A stretch of DNA of 38,933 bases from a virus: the IMG/VR virus record IMGVR_UViG_3300021399_000041, positions 1 through 38,933 of that record. One strand, 5' to 3'. Below, piece by piece: positions 25,705-33,293 of the stretch. Both the position numbers and the translations under genes were made by a program. The notes beneath the pieces were generated by a model. That model saw only the letters and a list, made by a program, of their open reading frames with translations, was not told the DNA's origin and did no database searches. Within the stretch, counting starts at the first letter, position 1, and each line of letters opens with the position of its first letter.

Positions 25705-26496
25705 TTAAAGTGAATTTTCTATGCACTGCACAAAGTGCTTTTCTTCCATTATCCAGTCGAAGTCAGCAGCAGCTTTGCGCCGCTTTGTCCGGCCATTCAG
25801 AAAGTCGCTTTGCATTGCGTTGCTAACAGCAGTACGCAAATGCGCTGACTGGTATTTATTAAGAATAACACGCAGCTTTTGCCGTCTGTCTTCTGTCAGC
25901 GCACGCACTGGCTTAATGTCGCTACGGTACAGATGCACGCACTTATTGAAGTATTGCATTATCAAAATAAATGCTGCTTCTTCGTTGTCAGCCTGCCACG
26001 GGTCATTATTATTTTTTTCTTTTTTTTCTTCCCCAGCTTCATGCGCGTGTGTGTCTGTCTGTGTGTGTAAAGAAGAAAAAGAAACGTTAGTTTCTACATT
26101 TTCATTATCATTCTCATTATCATTTACATTTTCATTATCATTCTCATTATCATTATCAGTTACGTTTGTATTCGTTTGTGTACGTTTGTTTACTTTTGTA
26201 TTCTTTCGTACACGTTCGTTTACGTTCGTGTTTTCTTGTGCTTCTTTCTTCTTACGCTCACGTTCTAAGGCTATGGCCTTATTCTTTTCACACCGCTTTT
26301 CGTACTTGGTGCTATCCATATCTATCTGTATGCGTAAGAAGTTCATAGCTACGCGCACCGCTTCGCTGTTTGTGGCTGGCATAGTTCCAGTAATAGCGTA
26401 CTGGAATAAGCAGTCAAGCAGCTGGCCTTTTTGTTCTATAGCCAGTTCTTTCAGTGCTTCATACTGCGCTGTGTATAAGATAAAGCTATCTTTCAT
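25705..26496 (-). CDS. Putative replication initiation / DnaD-like protein (phage conserved C-terminal domain) with a low-complexity linker
   Basis: 263 aa. C-terminal LTEDRRQKLRVILNKYQSAHLRTAVSNAMQSDFLNGR...ADFDWIMEEKHF resembles the DnaD/phage replisome-organiser C-terminal domain. Central NDNENDNENV repeats. Confidence 0.6.
   Translation of the reverse strand: MKDSFILYTAQYEALKELAIEQKGQLLDCLFQYAITGTMPATNSEAVRVAMNFLRIQIDMDSTKYEKRCEKNKAIALERERKKKEAQENTNVNERVRKNTKVNKRTQTNTNVTDNDNENDNENVNDNENDNENVETNVSFSSLHTQTDTHAHEAGEEKKEKNNNDPWQADNEEAAFILIMQYFNKCVHLYRSDIKPVRALTEDRRQKLRVILNKYQSAHLRTAVSNAMQSDFLNGRTKRRKAAADFDWIMEEKHFVQCIENSL
26097..26156. repeat. 30-bp tandem repeat, 2 copies, inside the replication gene linker
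   Basis: acattttcattatcattctcattatcatt(t/a) repeated back to back; encodes NDNENDNENV twice. Confidence 0.85.
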
Positions 26497-26515
26497 AATC
26501 TTTCCGGGTTTGAAG

Positions 26516-26755
26516 TTATACGCTACGACTGGCCAAATAGCCTATGACATTGTTATATGGATAACGCCAGTCTGCTTTACCTACCTTTAGGCGCGGCCAG
26601 TCTTTAGCGTTATGCCTAACGTATGATTCTGACAAGTTCAAGCGTTCTGCCAGCTGCTTAGTCGTCAGCAGTTCGTCACCGTAATACGGGTTATCTGCCA
26701 GCCTCAACTTATGCAGTTCTTCGGCTATCATGCGCGCGTCGTTTCGGTTCAGCAT
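26516..26755 (-). CDS. HTH DNA-binding protein (MerR/excisionase-like)
   Basis: 79 aa; LLTTKQLAERLNLSESYVRHNAKDWP...KADWRY pattern. Confidence 0.6.
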   Translation of the reverse strand: MLNRNDARMIAEELHKLRLADNPYYGDELLTTKQLAERLNLSESYVRHNAKDWPRLKVGKADWRYPYNNVIGYLASRSV

Positions 26756-26761
26756 AGCTTC

Positions 26762-26995
26762 TTAGTTTAGAATGATTTGCTTTGCACTCTTATAGATTCC
26801 CAGCCTACGCAGTATTCCCACCACTCCGGCGCGCGTCAGTTCGTGACGTTCTGCCACTTCGTCTAAGGCTCTGTTTGGCTTGTAGCCAGCAGCCTGCACT
26901 ACTGGCCAAATCTCTCTGAAGCTGGCCGCTACTGCTGCTTCACGGTCTGCTTTTCTACGCTCGTTAGCGGTTAATTTGATTTCTGCTGTACTCAT
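26762..26995 (-). CDS. Small HTH-like DNA-binding protein
   Basis: 77 aa; LDEVAERHELTRAGVVGILRRLGI. Confidence 0.5.
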   Translation of the reverse strand: MSTAEIKLTANERRKADREAAVAASFREIWPVVQAAGYKPNRALDEVAERHELTRAGVVGILRRLGIYKSAKQIILN

Positions 26996-26997
26996 AC

Positions 26998-27564
26998 TTA
27001 TTTGCTTTCTAATTGTTTCTGAAAATGTCTGTCTGCCAGTGTAGCTTCCATAAACATAACTTTCTGTAGCCTTATTAGGTCTTCATGTGTCAGTGGCTTA
27101 TCTTCGTCGTCTTCGTTCTTTACGCCACTATATAAGTTATGCTTCATTATGTAGGCTTCTGCCAGTAGCTTCAGCTGTTCGTCTCTCTCGCGCTCTAAGT
27201 TCGCTTTGTGCCACTCAAATAGTTCGTTAATCTCGATAAACTGCGCCTTTGTAATTTCCAGCCGTATTCTGTCACGGCCTATGTGCCAGCAGTTATAACT
27301 TCTTACTTTCATTACCTTACAACAGCACTGCGTGAATAGTGTACGCATAAGGTTTGTACGGCCTACCGTAAATGTGTAGCGTTCTTTCTTGTCATTGTCC
27401 TGCATTTCCAGTAACTCTTCCGGCGTAATGCCGTAGCGTTCACAAAGCCTTTTGATACCAGCCTTTGCAGCCTCAACTTCACCGCCATAGCCACGTTCTG
27501 CCAGTGCTTGTAATTTGCGAAGTTTTTCACGCACGCTTTCGTACTTTTCATTTGTCTTATCCAT
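26998..27564 (-). CDS. Hypothetical protein with a DUF2786-like N-terminal domain
   Basis: 188 aa; KLRKLQALAERGYGGEVEAAKAGIKRLCERYGI resembles the DUF2786 motif common in phage early regions. Confidence 0.55.
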   Translation of the reverse strand: MDKTNEKYESVREKLRKLQALAERGYGGEVEAAKAGIKRLCERYGITPEELLEMQDNDKKERYTFTVGRTNLMRTLFTQCCCKVMKVRSYNCWHIGRDRIRLEITKAQFIEINELFEWHKANLERERDEQLKLLAEAYIMKHNLYSGVKNEDDEDKPLTHEDLIRLQKVMFMEATLADRHFQKQLESK

Positions 27565-27574
27565 ATTATTGATA

Positions 27575-27766
27575 CTATGCTTTTTTGATTATTACTGCGT
27601 ATTCATTTCCCTTACATATAGTCTGGCCGATTTGCCCGGCTACCAGTAAAGCCATGCTGACGGCCAAAGCCTGCTGTCTGCTGACACACTCATAACGCTT
27701 ACGGTCTTCTGTCTCGCTGACTGGCAGCTGCACCACTTCACCGTTCATTAACTTGATACTTTCCAT
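27575..27766 (-). CDS. Hypothetical protein (63 aa)
   Basis: ORF tightly packed in the early operon. Confidence 0.45.
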   Translation of the reverse strand: MESIKLMNGEVVQLPVSETEDRKRYECVSRQQALAVSMALLVAGQIGQTICKGNEYAVIIKKA

Positions 27767-27772
27767 AACTAC

Positions 27773-28111
27773 CTATTTCTTTGGTTTAACACTCAATTCA
27801 GCGGCGGCTTCGCTAAAGATTCCATGCCATACGGTACTGATAGCGGCCAGTACGTCTTTCTTAGTCTTAAAATGGTAATAGTTGGCTTTAGTACCGTTCT
27901 TTGTAGTCCAGCTGTAGCGTTTTTCACCGTCAGCACTCCAAAGCGTCATTTTCCAGCCTTGAAAACTCCACGGACTGCCAGCTATACACTTTCCATTCTT
28001 ATCGTAAGCGCACCCGTCTTTAAGCATGATGCGGCGCGCACGCAGTTTCTTTGTTTCGTCGTTACTGATAGCTACTACCATGTAGCCGTCATTCTGTTGT
28101 ATCTTTGCCAT
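27773..28111 (-). CDS. Hypothetical protein (112 aa)
   Basis: ORF tightly packed in the early operon. Confidence 0.55.
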   Translation of the reverse strand: MAKIQQNDGYMVVAISNDETKKLRARRIMLKDGCAYDKNGKCIAGSPWSFQGWKMTLWSADGEKRYSWTTKNGTKANYYHFKTKKDVLAAISTVWHGIFSEAAAELSVKPKK

Positions 28112-28184
28112 ATCTCTTTCTATTGTTAATTTTCTGTTAAATGTCGTTTCTAAGCCGCTGTTATGTCTTCAGTGGATAACTATA

Positions 28185-28427
28185 CTACCGCCTATAAAAA
28201 ACCACGCTGAAGCCGCCGGAATGATGATTAAATGATTTCTTTGCAGCGTAAATCTTCAAAGCCTTTTGGCAGTAGTGTATAGCGTGCAAGTCACCTACCA
28301 GCAGACAAAGGCGCGTGAAGCCCACCAGCCTGCTTGTTTTGTCCTTTCGCAGTATCTGTATTATGTACTCCTTATTTATTTCAGCCCTAAGTGCTGGTAC
28401 ATTTATATTGGTGCTGTATTGTGCCAT
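28185..28427 (-). CDS. Hypothetical protein (80 aa)
   Basis: ORF co-oriented with its neighbours. Confidence 0.45.
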   Translation of the reverse strand: MAQYSTNINVPALRAEINKEYIIQILRKDKTSRLVGFTRLCLLVGDLHAIHYCQKALKIYAAKKSFNHHSGGFSVVFYRR

Positions 28428-28478
28428 ACTTCTTTCTATCTTTATGCAGCCCAGCCGGGAAAGCCGGGCTGCTGGTTA

Positions 28479-28652
28479 TTACAACTTGTCTTCGTCAAAA
28501 GTCAAAGCGTCTTCTATGGTTCCTATAACTTGCCCCAGCTTCATATACAAGTCGTCGTAGTGTCCGGCGTGGTGCTTTTCGATATAGTTACAAAAGCGCA
28601 CCAAACGGGCTTGTACTTTCTCTAAGTTCTTTAATTCAGCCTGCACCGTCAT
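28479..28652 (-). CDS. Possible small protein (57 aa), below the ORF-track cut-off
   Basis: Hand translation: MTVQAELKNLEKVQARLVRFCNYIEKHHAGHYDDLYMKLGQVIGTIEDALTFDEDKL. It fills a gap otherwise covered only by antisense plus-strand ORFs. Confidence 0.45.
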   Translation of the reverse strand: MTVQAELKNLEKVQARLVRFCNYIEKHHAGHYDDLYMKLGQVIGTIEDALTFDEDKL

Positions 28653-28664
28653 AGTCGTATAGTT

Positions 28665-28898
28665 TTAGCGGTCTATGATTTCTTGTAAGTTATCTATTAC
28701 ATCTTGCAAGTCACTGACGTAGCTGTCTAAGTCGTTAGCGTTTTCTTCGATAGCTTCGCCGCGCTCTGAATATTGTAGAGATTCCGGCATATTGTCGTAG
28801 CTTTCTTGTTCTTCACACTGGATGCTTTCCAGTTCTTCTTTTTGTTCTTCCAGTTTGGCTATTACGTCTTCCAGCCATTTTCTTCTTGCTTTGTTCAT
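28665..28898 (-). CDS. Hypothetical acidic coiled-coil protein (77 aa)
   Basis: ORF; highly acidic (EEQKEELESIQCEEQESYDN...). Confidence 0.5.
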   Translation of the reverse strand: MNKARRKWLEDVIAKLEEQKEELESIQCEEQESYDNMPESLQYSERGEAIEENANDLDSYVSDLQDVIDNLQEIIDR

Positions 28899-28944
28899 AA
28901 GGCTTTGTTTTTAGTGGCCGGGAATTACACCCGGCCATGATTAC

Positions 28945-29280
28945 TTATAATACTATTTCTTTAATTAGCACTTGATAGATAAGTACCTTTGTACCTCTTT
29001 CGTCTTCAGCCATTTTTTCGTGGCGTAGTTCGATAGTGGCCTGCTGATGAATGTCGAGATACTGGAAATGATACTGGTATTTCTCTACGCCAGTAATCGG
29101 GTCTACAAACTTTTCGCCCTCACCTACATGCTTATTGTCGTCGCCTACATAAAACGGGCAGCGCATAGCTTCGGCCAGTGTAGCGTAGTTAAATACGTGC
29201 TTATAAGTAGCGTCTAAACTTGATTCGTGCCAGTCTGTAACTAACACTTGATAAAACTTGATACCGTTCTTTGTTTCCAT
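28945..29280 (-). CDS. Hypothetical protein, first gene of the early operon (111 aa)
   Basis: ORF divergent from the repressor gene. Confidence 0.55.
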   Translation of the reverse strand: METKNGIKFYQVLVTDWHESSLDATYKHVFNYATLAEAMRCPFYVGDDNKHVGEGEKFVDPITGVEKYQYHFQYLDIHQQATIELRHEKMAEDERGTKVLIYQVLIKEIVL

Positions 29281-29456
29281 AATTTCTTGAATTAGCTTTG
29301 TAATTTGAATTATTTTTCTTAATTTTGCAGCGTGTTTTGAAACACGTTTCGGAATTCGTTGGCAAAGTTACGACAAATGTCTTAAACTACCAAGACAAAT
29401 GGCGTAAATCTTTAGTTCAGATGTGTTATTTATATTTATTCTAAATTAGAAAAATT
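29281..29456. promoter_or_regulatory. Lysis-lysogeny switch region with candidate promoters and operators
   Basis: Minus-strand TAACTTTG box (plus coordinates 29363-29370). Plus-strand TAGCTTTG (29293-29300) and TAATTTTG (29320-29327). Inverted repeat cgtgttt-tg-aaacacg at 29331-29346. Direct repeats gacaaatg at 29372 and 29394. Confidence 0.5.
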
Positions 29457-29798
29457 ATGGAAAGTATTATAATTCAACGAATTAGGCAGCTTTTAGAAGC
29501 GCGCGGCGAAAGTATAAACGCTTTTGCAGCCGCTATTAACATGAAGCAAACGACGGTAAATAACTACTTTTTGGGCAAACGTTCACCGTCATTTGAGTTA
29601 ATAGACAGCATACTGGCCAGCATCCCGGAATTATCAGCAGAATGGCTTTTGCGCGGTAATGGTACTATGTTTTTAGCAGATACGGCAAAGCCTACCGATG
29701 AAGTGGCCGCGCTTCGTGGCGAATTAAACGGCGTATATAACGCCCTGCGAATTTTAGGTATTAGTTTGCAGCCTCAACAAAAGAAAGCGGCTGTGTAA
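29457..29798 (+). CDS. XRE-family HTH repressor (CI-like)
   Basis: 113 aa; IRQLLEARGESINAFAAAINMKQTTVNNYFLGKRSPS...AEWLLRGNG; divergent from the early operon. Confidence 0.8.
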   Translation: MESIIIQRIRQLLEARGESINAFAAAINMKQTTVNNYFLGKRSPSFELIDSILASIPELSAEWLLRGNGTMFLADTAKPTDEVAALRGELNGVYNALRILGISLQPQQKKAAV

Positions 29799-29820
29799 TT
29801 ATTAAAATGTTTCCAAAGAT

Positions 29821-30009
29821 ATGACTATAGTAGTTTGGTTAATTGCCGCGTTTATAGCTTTCTGTCTCGTTATGCGCCGCGTAGGTAATCGGGAAAGAAA
29901 GATAGAAGCCTGCCAGCAGCAGCAAAGCAAAGAAGTAGGCGAAAGTCTGAAGAAAGAAGAAAAAGCCAGCGTAGACAGACTTCACACGCTGGCAGAAAAG
30001 TATAAGTAA
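29821..30009 (+). CDS. Small membrane protein co-transcribed with the repressor (62 aa)
   Basis: N-terminal TM helix IVVWLIAAFIAFCLVM followed by a charged tail. Confidence 0.5.
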   Translation: MTIVVWLIAAFIAFCLVMRRVGNRERKIEACQQQQSKEVGESLKKEEKASVDRLHTLAEKYK

Positions 30010-30028
30010 GTATTAATTTAATTAAAAG

Positions 30029-30301
30029 TATTACCGCTATGGAGTTATAAAGACATTAAGTAACTGATTACTACCCGATTAGTGCGCTTTGTCTCTGACC
30101 CCAAACGGGTCACAAAGCAAACTTGAGGAAAATCGGGTCAAACAGCCCGGTTTTCTTTGTATTTAGGCGTTACAGACTTATTCTGCCAGCCTACACTCTC
30201 GCCACGGCGCGCCGGAATTCATGCACCAATATGCACCAATATGCACGCCAGTATTACCGTAGTATTACCAAATATCCTTGTTATTACCGCAAAAGTATTA
30301 C
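30029..30301. repeat. attP-like region: five (G/T)TATTAC(C) arm-type repeats, a 3-copy ATGCACCAAT-type tandem repeat and a nested inverted repeat
   Basis: gtattacc at 30029, 30251 and 30262; ttattacc at 30281; gtattac at 30295. atgcaccaat-atgcaccaat-atgcacgcca at 30221-30250. gctttgt-ctct-gaccc-caaac-gggtc-acaaagc at 30086-30118. Confidence 0.5.
30128..30163 (+). terminator. Candidate intrinsic terminator of the repressor operon
   Basis: gaaaatcggg-tcaaacag-cccggttttc (10-bp stem with one G-T pair) followed by tttgtattt. Confidence 0.5.
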
Positions 30302-30307
30302 TTTTAT

Positions 30308-31516
30308 ATGAATATCCCACTAATAGCGTATGTCTTTGACAGAAAAAAGCAGTCTGCCGCTGACATACCCGGAAAGATAGAAATACGCATAACCAGCGGC
30401 AAAGTTCAGAAATATGTCGCTACTGGTATCAGTGTGCTGCCGTCGCAGTGGCAGCGTAACTTAGTCGTCAATCTGCCAAACGCTGCCAGCCTCAACAACC
30501 GTATAAGCATAATGCGCCGTCAGATAGACAAATACATTAACGACTGCTTAGAAAGCGGCCAGCCTATAGACATGTCGGCTTTTAAGTCGCTGGTTCGCGT
30601 AGATGATTCCGGCGACAACTTTTTAGACTTCGTAGCTGACCGCGCCGCCAGTCGCCATGTCGCTGATGGTACACGCGCCCGCTACGACGTATTTGTTAAT
30701 AACCTTATACGCTATGGCCGTCTTCGTCGCTTCACTGACTTAACGGCTGCTGGCATACTGGAATATAACGAATGGCTGCACCGTCAGACTATAGGCGACA
30801 ACCGTAGCCGTAAGATACGCAGCACGGCGCGCGATAAGTTGCCGCTTTCCGATTCTGCCATTTACAATTACCATAAATGCCTCAAAGCGTTCTGTAACGA
30901 TGCCTATATACGCGGTCTTATCCCGGAAAATCCCTATAACCGTATTCCGGCTGACGTTATAAAGCGCGGCGATAGACAGACGGCTGACTACCTTACTGAA
31001 GCGGAAATGATGACAATAGTAAACACGCCCATGCCTACGCCCACCATGCAGATAGCAGCGGACTTGTTTATTTTCCAAATGTTCACTGGTATGGCCTACG
31101 CTGACTTAGTGGCGTTTGACTTTAACGATTACAAGCTGGTAGATGGTAAATGGATATACCACGGCCAGCGCGTGAAGTCCGGCGTGGTTTACTTCAGCCA
31201 GCTTTTGCCGCCAGCCTATGAAGTAGCCAAAAAGTACGACTTCGTGCTGCCAGTCATGGAAAATTCGCAGTATAACGCTATGCTGAAGCTGGTAGCGGCT
31301 GAATGTAGGCTAAAACGCCGCCTATATTCCCATTTGGCGCGCCACACCTTTGCCACTTACATGCTTTCCCACGGCTCCCGTCTTCAGAATGTCAGCCGTA
31401 TGTTAGGACACACAAACACGCGGCAAACGCAAAGATACGCTGCCACGTTAGACGCTGACGTACAGAAAGACTTCGATACGGTAGCAAAGGAATTAGAAAA
31501 GAAGCCGGGCAAATAG
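30308..31516 (+). CDS. int: Tyrosine recombinase / phage integrase
   Basis: Start taken at the ATG at 30308 (MNIPLIAYVF). The C-terminal catalytic region has ARHTFATYML and LGHTNTRQTQRYA (R..HxxR..Y). Confidence 0.9.
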   Translation: MNIPLIAYVFDRKKQSAADIPGKIEIRITSGKVQKYVATGISVLPSQWQRNLVVNLPNAASLNNRISIMRRQIDKYINDCLESGQPIDMSAFKSLVRVDDSGDNFLDFVADRAASRHVADGTRARYDVFVNNLIRYGRLRRFTDLTAAGILEYNEWLHRQTIGDNRSRKIRSTARDKLPLSDSAIYNYHKCLKAFCNDAYIRGLIPENPYNRIPADVIKRGDRQTADYLTEAEMMTIVNTPMPTPTMQIAADLFIFQMFTGMAYADLVAFDFNDYKLVDGKWIYHGQRVKSGVVYFSQLLPPAYEVAKKYDFVLPVMENSQYNAMLKLVAAECRLKRRLYSHLARHTFATYMLSHGSRLQNVSRMLGHTNTRQTQRYAATLDADVQKDFDTVAKELEKKPGK

Positions 31517-31524
31517 TCCGGCTT
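31502..31524. terminator. Weak hairpin between the convergent int and 31530..31835 genes
   Basis: aagccgg-gcaaatagt-ccggctt, 7-bp stem overlapping the int stop codon. Confidence 0.3.
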
Positions 31525-31529
31525 TCTCT

Positions 31530-31835
31530 TTAGTTTCCGGGTTCGTCGTCTTCTATCTCGCTGGCCATGTCCTTAATGGTGTCGCAGATGAAAAGCCCCT
31601 CTTTCTCGATGGTAGCACCAGCCACGCAGTAGGCCAGCGCGAAAGCCTGCGAAGACTCTTTGCCGTCGTCGCCCATGCCGTCGCCTAATATCATACTCAT
31701 GCAGCCTGCAATAACTGCCGGGTCGCCAGTCTGCATGTGCTGGCACTCTCCGGCGTTCCAGTGAAGCACCAGCATAGTTTCCCCGTTCTTTTCAGCCTGC
31801 TTTAGCGCGGCTTCCAGTAGTTCTTTTGTATTCAT
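31530..31835 (-). CDS. Hypothetical acidic protein (101 aa), accessory cassette
   Basis: ORF; acidic C-terminus DMASEIEDDEPGN. Confidence 0.55.
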   Translation of the reverse strand: MNTKELLEAALKQAEKNGETMLVLHWNAGECQHMQTGDPAVIAGCMSMILGDGMGDDGKESSQAFALAYCVAGATIEKEGLFICDTIKDMASEIEDDEPGN

Positions 31836-31837
31836 TT

Positions 31838-32080
31838 CTATACTATTGTTTGTTTGATTTGTACGTTTGCATTTGCCTTTAGCCGTCGCAGAATCTTTTC
31901 AGCATCCGCTTTTGGCACTCTCACACAATACTGGCGTAGGTCTACCAGCTTACCGTCTACATACCAGCCGCCGGGCTTACGCTCTACTTCCACTTTCTCT
32001 TTGAAGCGATATATTTCTACATGCTTCGCGTCGCTGCCAGTAACCAGCACCGCGCCTTTCTCATACGTCGTCTTTACCAT
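31838..32080 (-). CDS. Hypothetical basic protein (80 aa), accessory cassette
   Basis: ORF; overlaps the upstream gene by 20 nt. Confidence 0.5.
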   Translation of the reverse strand: MVKTTYEKGAVLVTGSDAKHVEIYRFKEKVEVERKPGGWYVDGKLVDLRQYCVRVPKADAEKILRRLKANANVQIKQTIV

Positions 32081-32579
32081 GTCTGCTTTGGTATTTGTAT
32101 TCGTTAATAAAATATTTGATGCCTGCGTGTTCCAGTTCCACGATGTCTTTAAGCTGTATGCGTGCTATCAGACAGCCTTCAAGTTTAATACCCTCTGCCT
32201 CTGCCGTCGTAATGCGTGCCGATGGTACGGTACACTTCACCGTCCGCGCGTCCTCAAAAAGCCCGTCGTATTTGTCCGCGTCTCTGTGTTTCCATAATAT
32301 CACGGTGTCAAACATGCCGCCGCGCTTCAGCGTTTGAAAGCAGCGCATAGTGTCTTCGCCGTCTATTTCTTCGTCTGCTACATTCTGCCGCCGTGCTTCA
32401 GCCTCAACAGCAGCAGCGTAGCCAACAGAATCAGCCGCCAGCATGTCGCGGCGTATTAACTCATTCACATAGCGGCCTTTGTTCGGCTGCTTGTCTAACC
32501 AGTCCAGCAGTTCGTTATCTATCTTAAACAGACGCGCTTTCTGACTGGCTCCGCTGTTTGATTTCTTTCTTCTTTCCAT
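32061..32579 (-). CDS. Protein with an N-terminal ribbon-helix-helix-like segment (172 aa), accessory cassette
   Basis: ARLFKIDNELLDWLDKQPNKGRYVNELIRRD resembles CopG/Arc-type RHH; the ATG is 23 nt downstream of a TACCTTTG box. Confidence 0.55.
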   Translation of the reverse strand: MERRKKSNSGASQKARLFKIDNELLDWLDKQPNKGRYVNELIRRDMLAADSVGYAAAVEAEARRQNVADEEIDGEDTMRCFQTLKRGGMFDTVILWKHRDADKYDGLFEDARTVKCTVPSARITTAEAEGIKLEGCLIARIQLKDIVELEHAGIKYFINEYKYQSRHGKDDV

Positions 32580-32597
32580 GTGTTCTTTCTATCAGTT

Positions 32598-32628
32598 AGC
32601 ACAAAGGTACTAATTTTCCGGCAAAGTA
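32598..32628 (-). promoter_or_regulatory. Bacteroidota-type promoter (CTTTG-N12-TACCTTTG), near-duplicate of the late-unit promoter
   Basis: Minus-sense ACTTTGCCGGAAAATTAGTACCTTTGTGC. Same spacing and identical 15-mer as 21846-21876. Confidence 0.55.
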
Positions 32629-32738
32629 TATACTTTCAGCCTCAACTTTTTGCAGATAGGTATATACAAGAAAACTGGCCTACATTCACATGCAAGCCAG
32701 CGGCGAGAAAAGAAATAAATCTACTCTTTTTTATTAAA

Positions 32739-33293
32739 TTATTTATGTCGTATGAACAAGAAGCGTTTAATAAGCCACCAGCCCACGGCTATTACTAAGC
32801 CTGCCAGCACCAGTGTAGCCACGCCGTTAAGTAGCCAGTTCTGCCAGCCGCCACCGCTTCCGGCTTCCGCTGGTTGTACGTCTGTGCTGTCAGCTTTCTG
32901 CCAGTGTGTATTTTGGCTGTCGTCTATCAAATCTACTTTATTATGATAGTTCAAATGTGCTAAATCTTCCGTTTTTGCCACTTTCCTGCCGTTCTGACGG
33001 CGTTTTGTTTCTTTCGTGAATGATTTCACACCCTCTGCACTAATTTGGCCGTCAGCGTTAATTTTTACGGTTCCGCTGTCAGTCAGCTGGAATGTCAGCG
33101 TTTCCGTAGTGCTGTCAGTCTGTACTTCAAACGTCTGCGTAGTCGTCTGCTGGCTGGTTGTGCTGTCAGTCTGCTGGCCAGCCTCTACGTGACTGGTCGA
33201 AGTCTGGTCGCTTTCAGTCCTTACTATGTGCTTCTTACTGGCACATGCAACCAGCAGCAGCGCGGCCAGTATAATGTAGATGGCTTTCTTCAT
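32739..33293 (-). CDS. Candidate unimolecular spanin (lipoprotein signal plus C-terminal TM anchor)
   Basis: MKKAIYIILAALLLVAC lipobox, T/Q/S-rich middle and C-terminal TM WLLNGVATLVLAGLVIAVGWWLI. ATGA overlap with the amidase stop. Confidence 0.55.
   Translation of the reverse strand: MKKAIYIILAALLLVACASKKHIVRTESDQTSTSHVEAGQQTDSTTSQQTTTQTFEVQTDSTTETLTFQLTDSGTVKINADGQISAEGVKSFTKETKRRQNGRKVAKTEDLAHLNYHNKVDLIDDSQNTHWQKADSTDVQPAEAGSGGGWQNWLLNGVATLVLAGLVIAVGWWLIKRFLFIRHK

Noticed and set aside
25392-25713. ORFs 25392..25691 (minus) and 25447..25713 (plus)
   Set aside because: They are mutually overlapping on opposite strands, Arg/Gly/Trp-rich, and lie in a repeat-containing intergenic island. 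The region is treated as non-coding.
28915-28937. 8-bp hairpin tggccggg-aattaca-cccggcca between the first two early genes, as a terminator
   Set aside because: No U-tract follows on either strand. It could be an RNA processing or stability element, but there is no support for termination.
30278-30307. TTG start at 30278 for the integrase
   Set aside because: It would read through the arm-type repeats. The ATG at 30308 (MNIPLIAYVF) is the first ATG, and the protein is complete from there.
30740-31078. 112-aa minus-strand ORF inside the integrase gene
   Set aside because: It is antisense to a gene with clear catalytic motifs.
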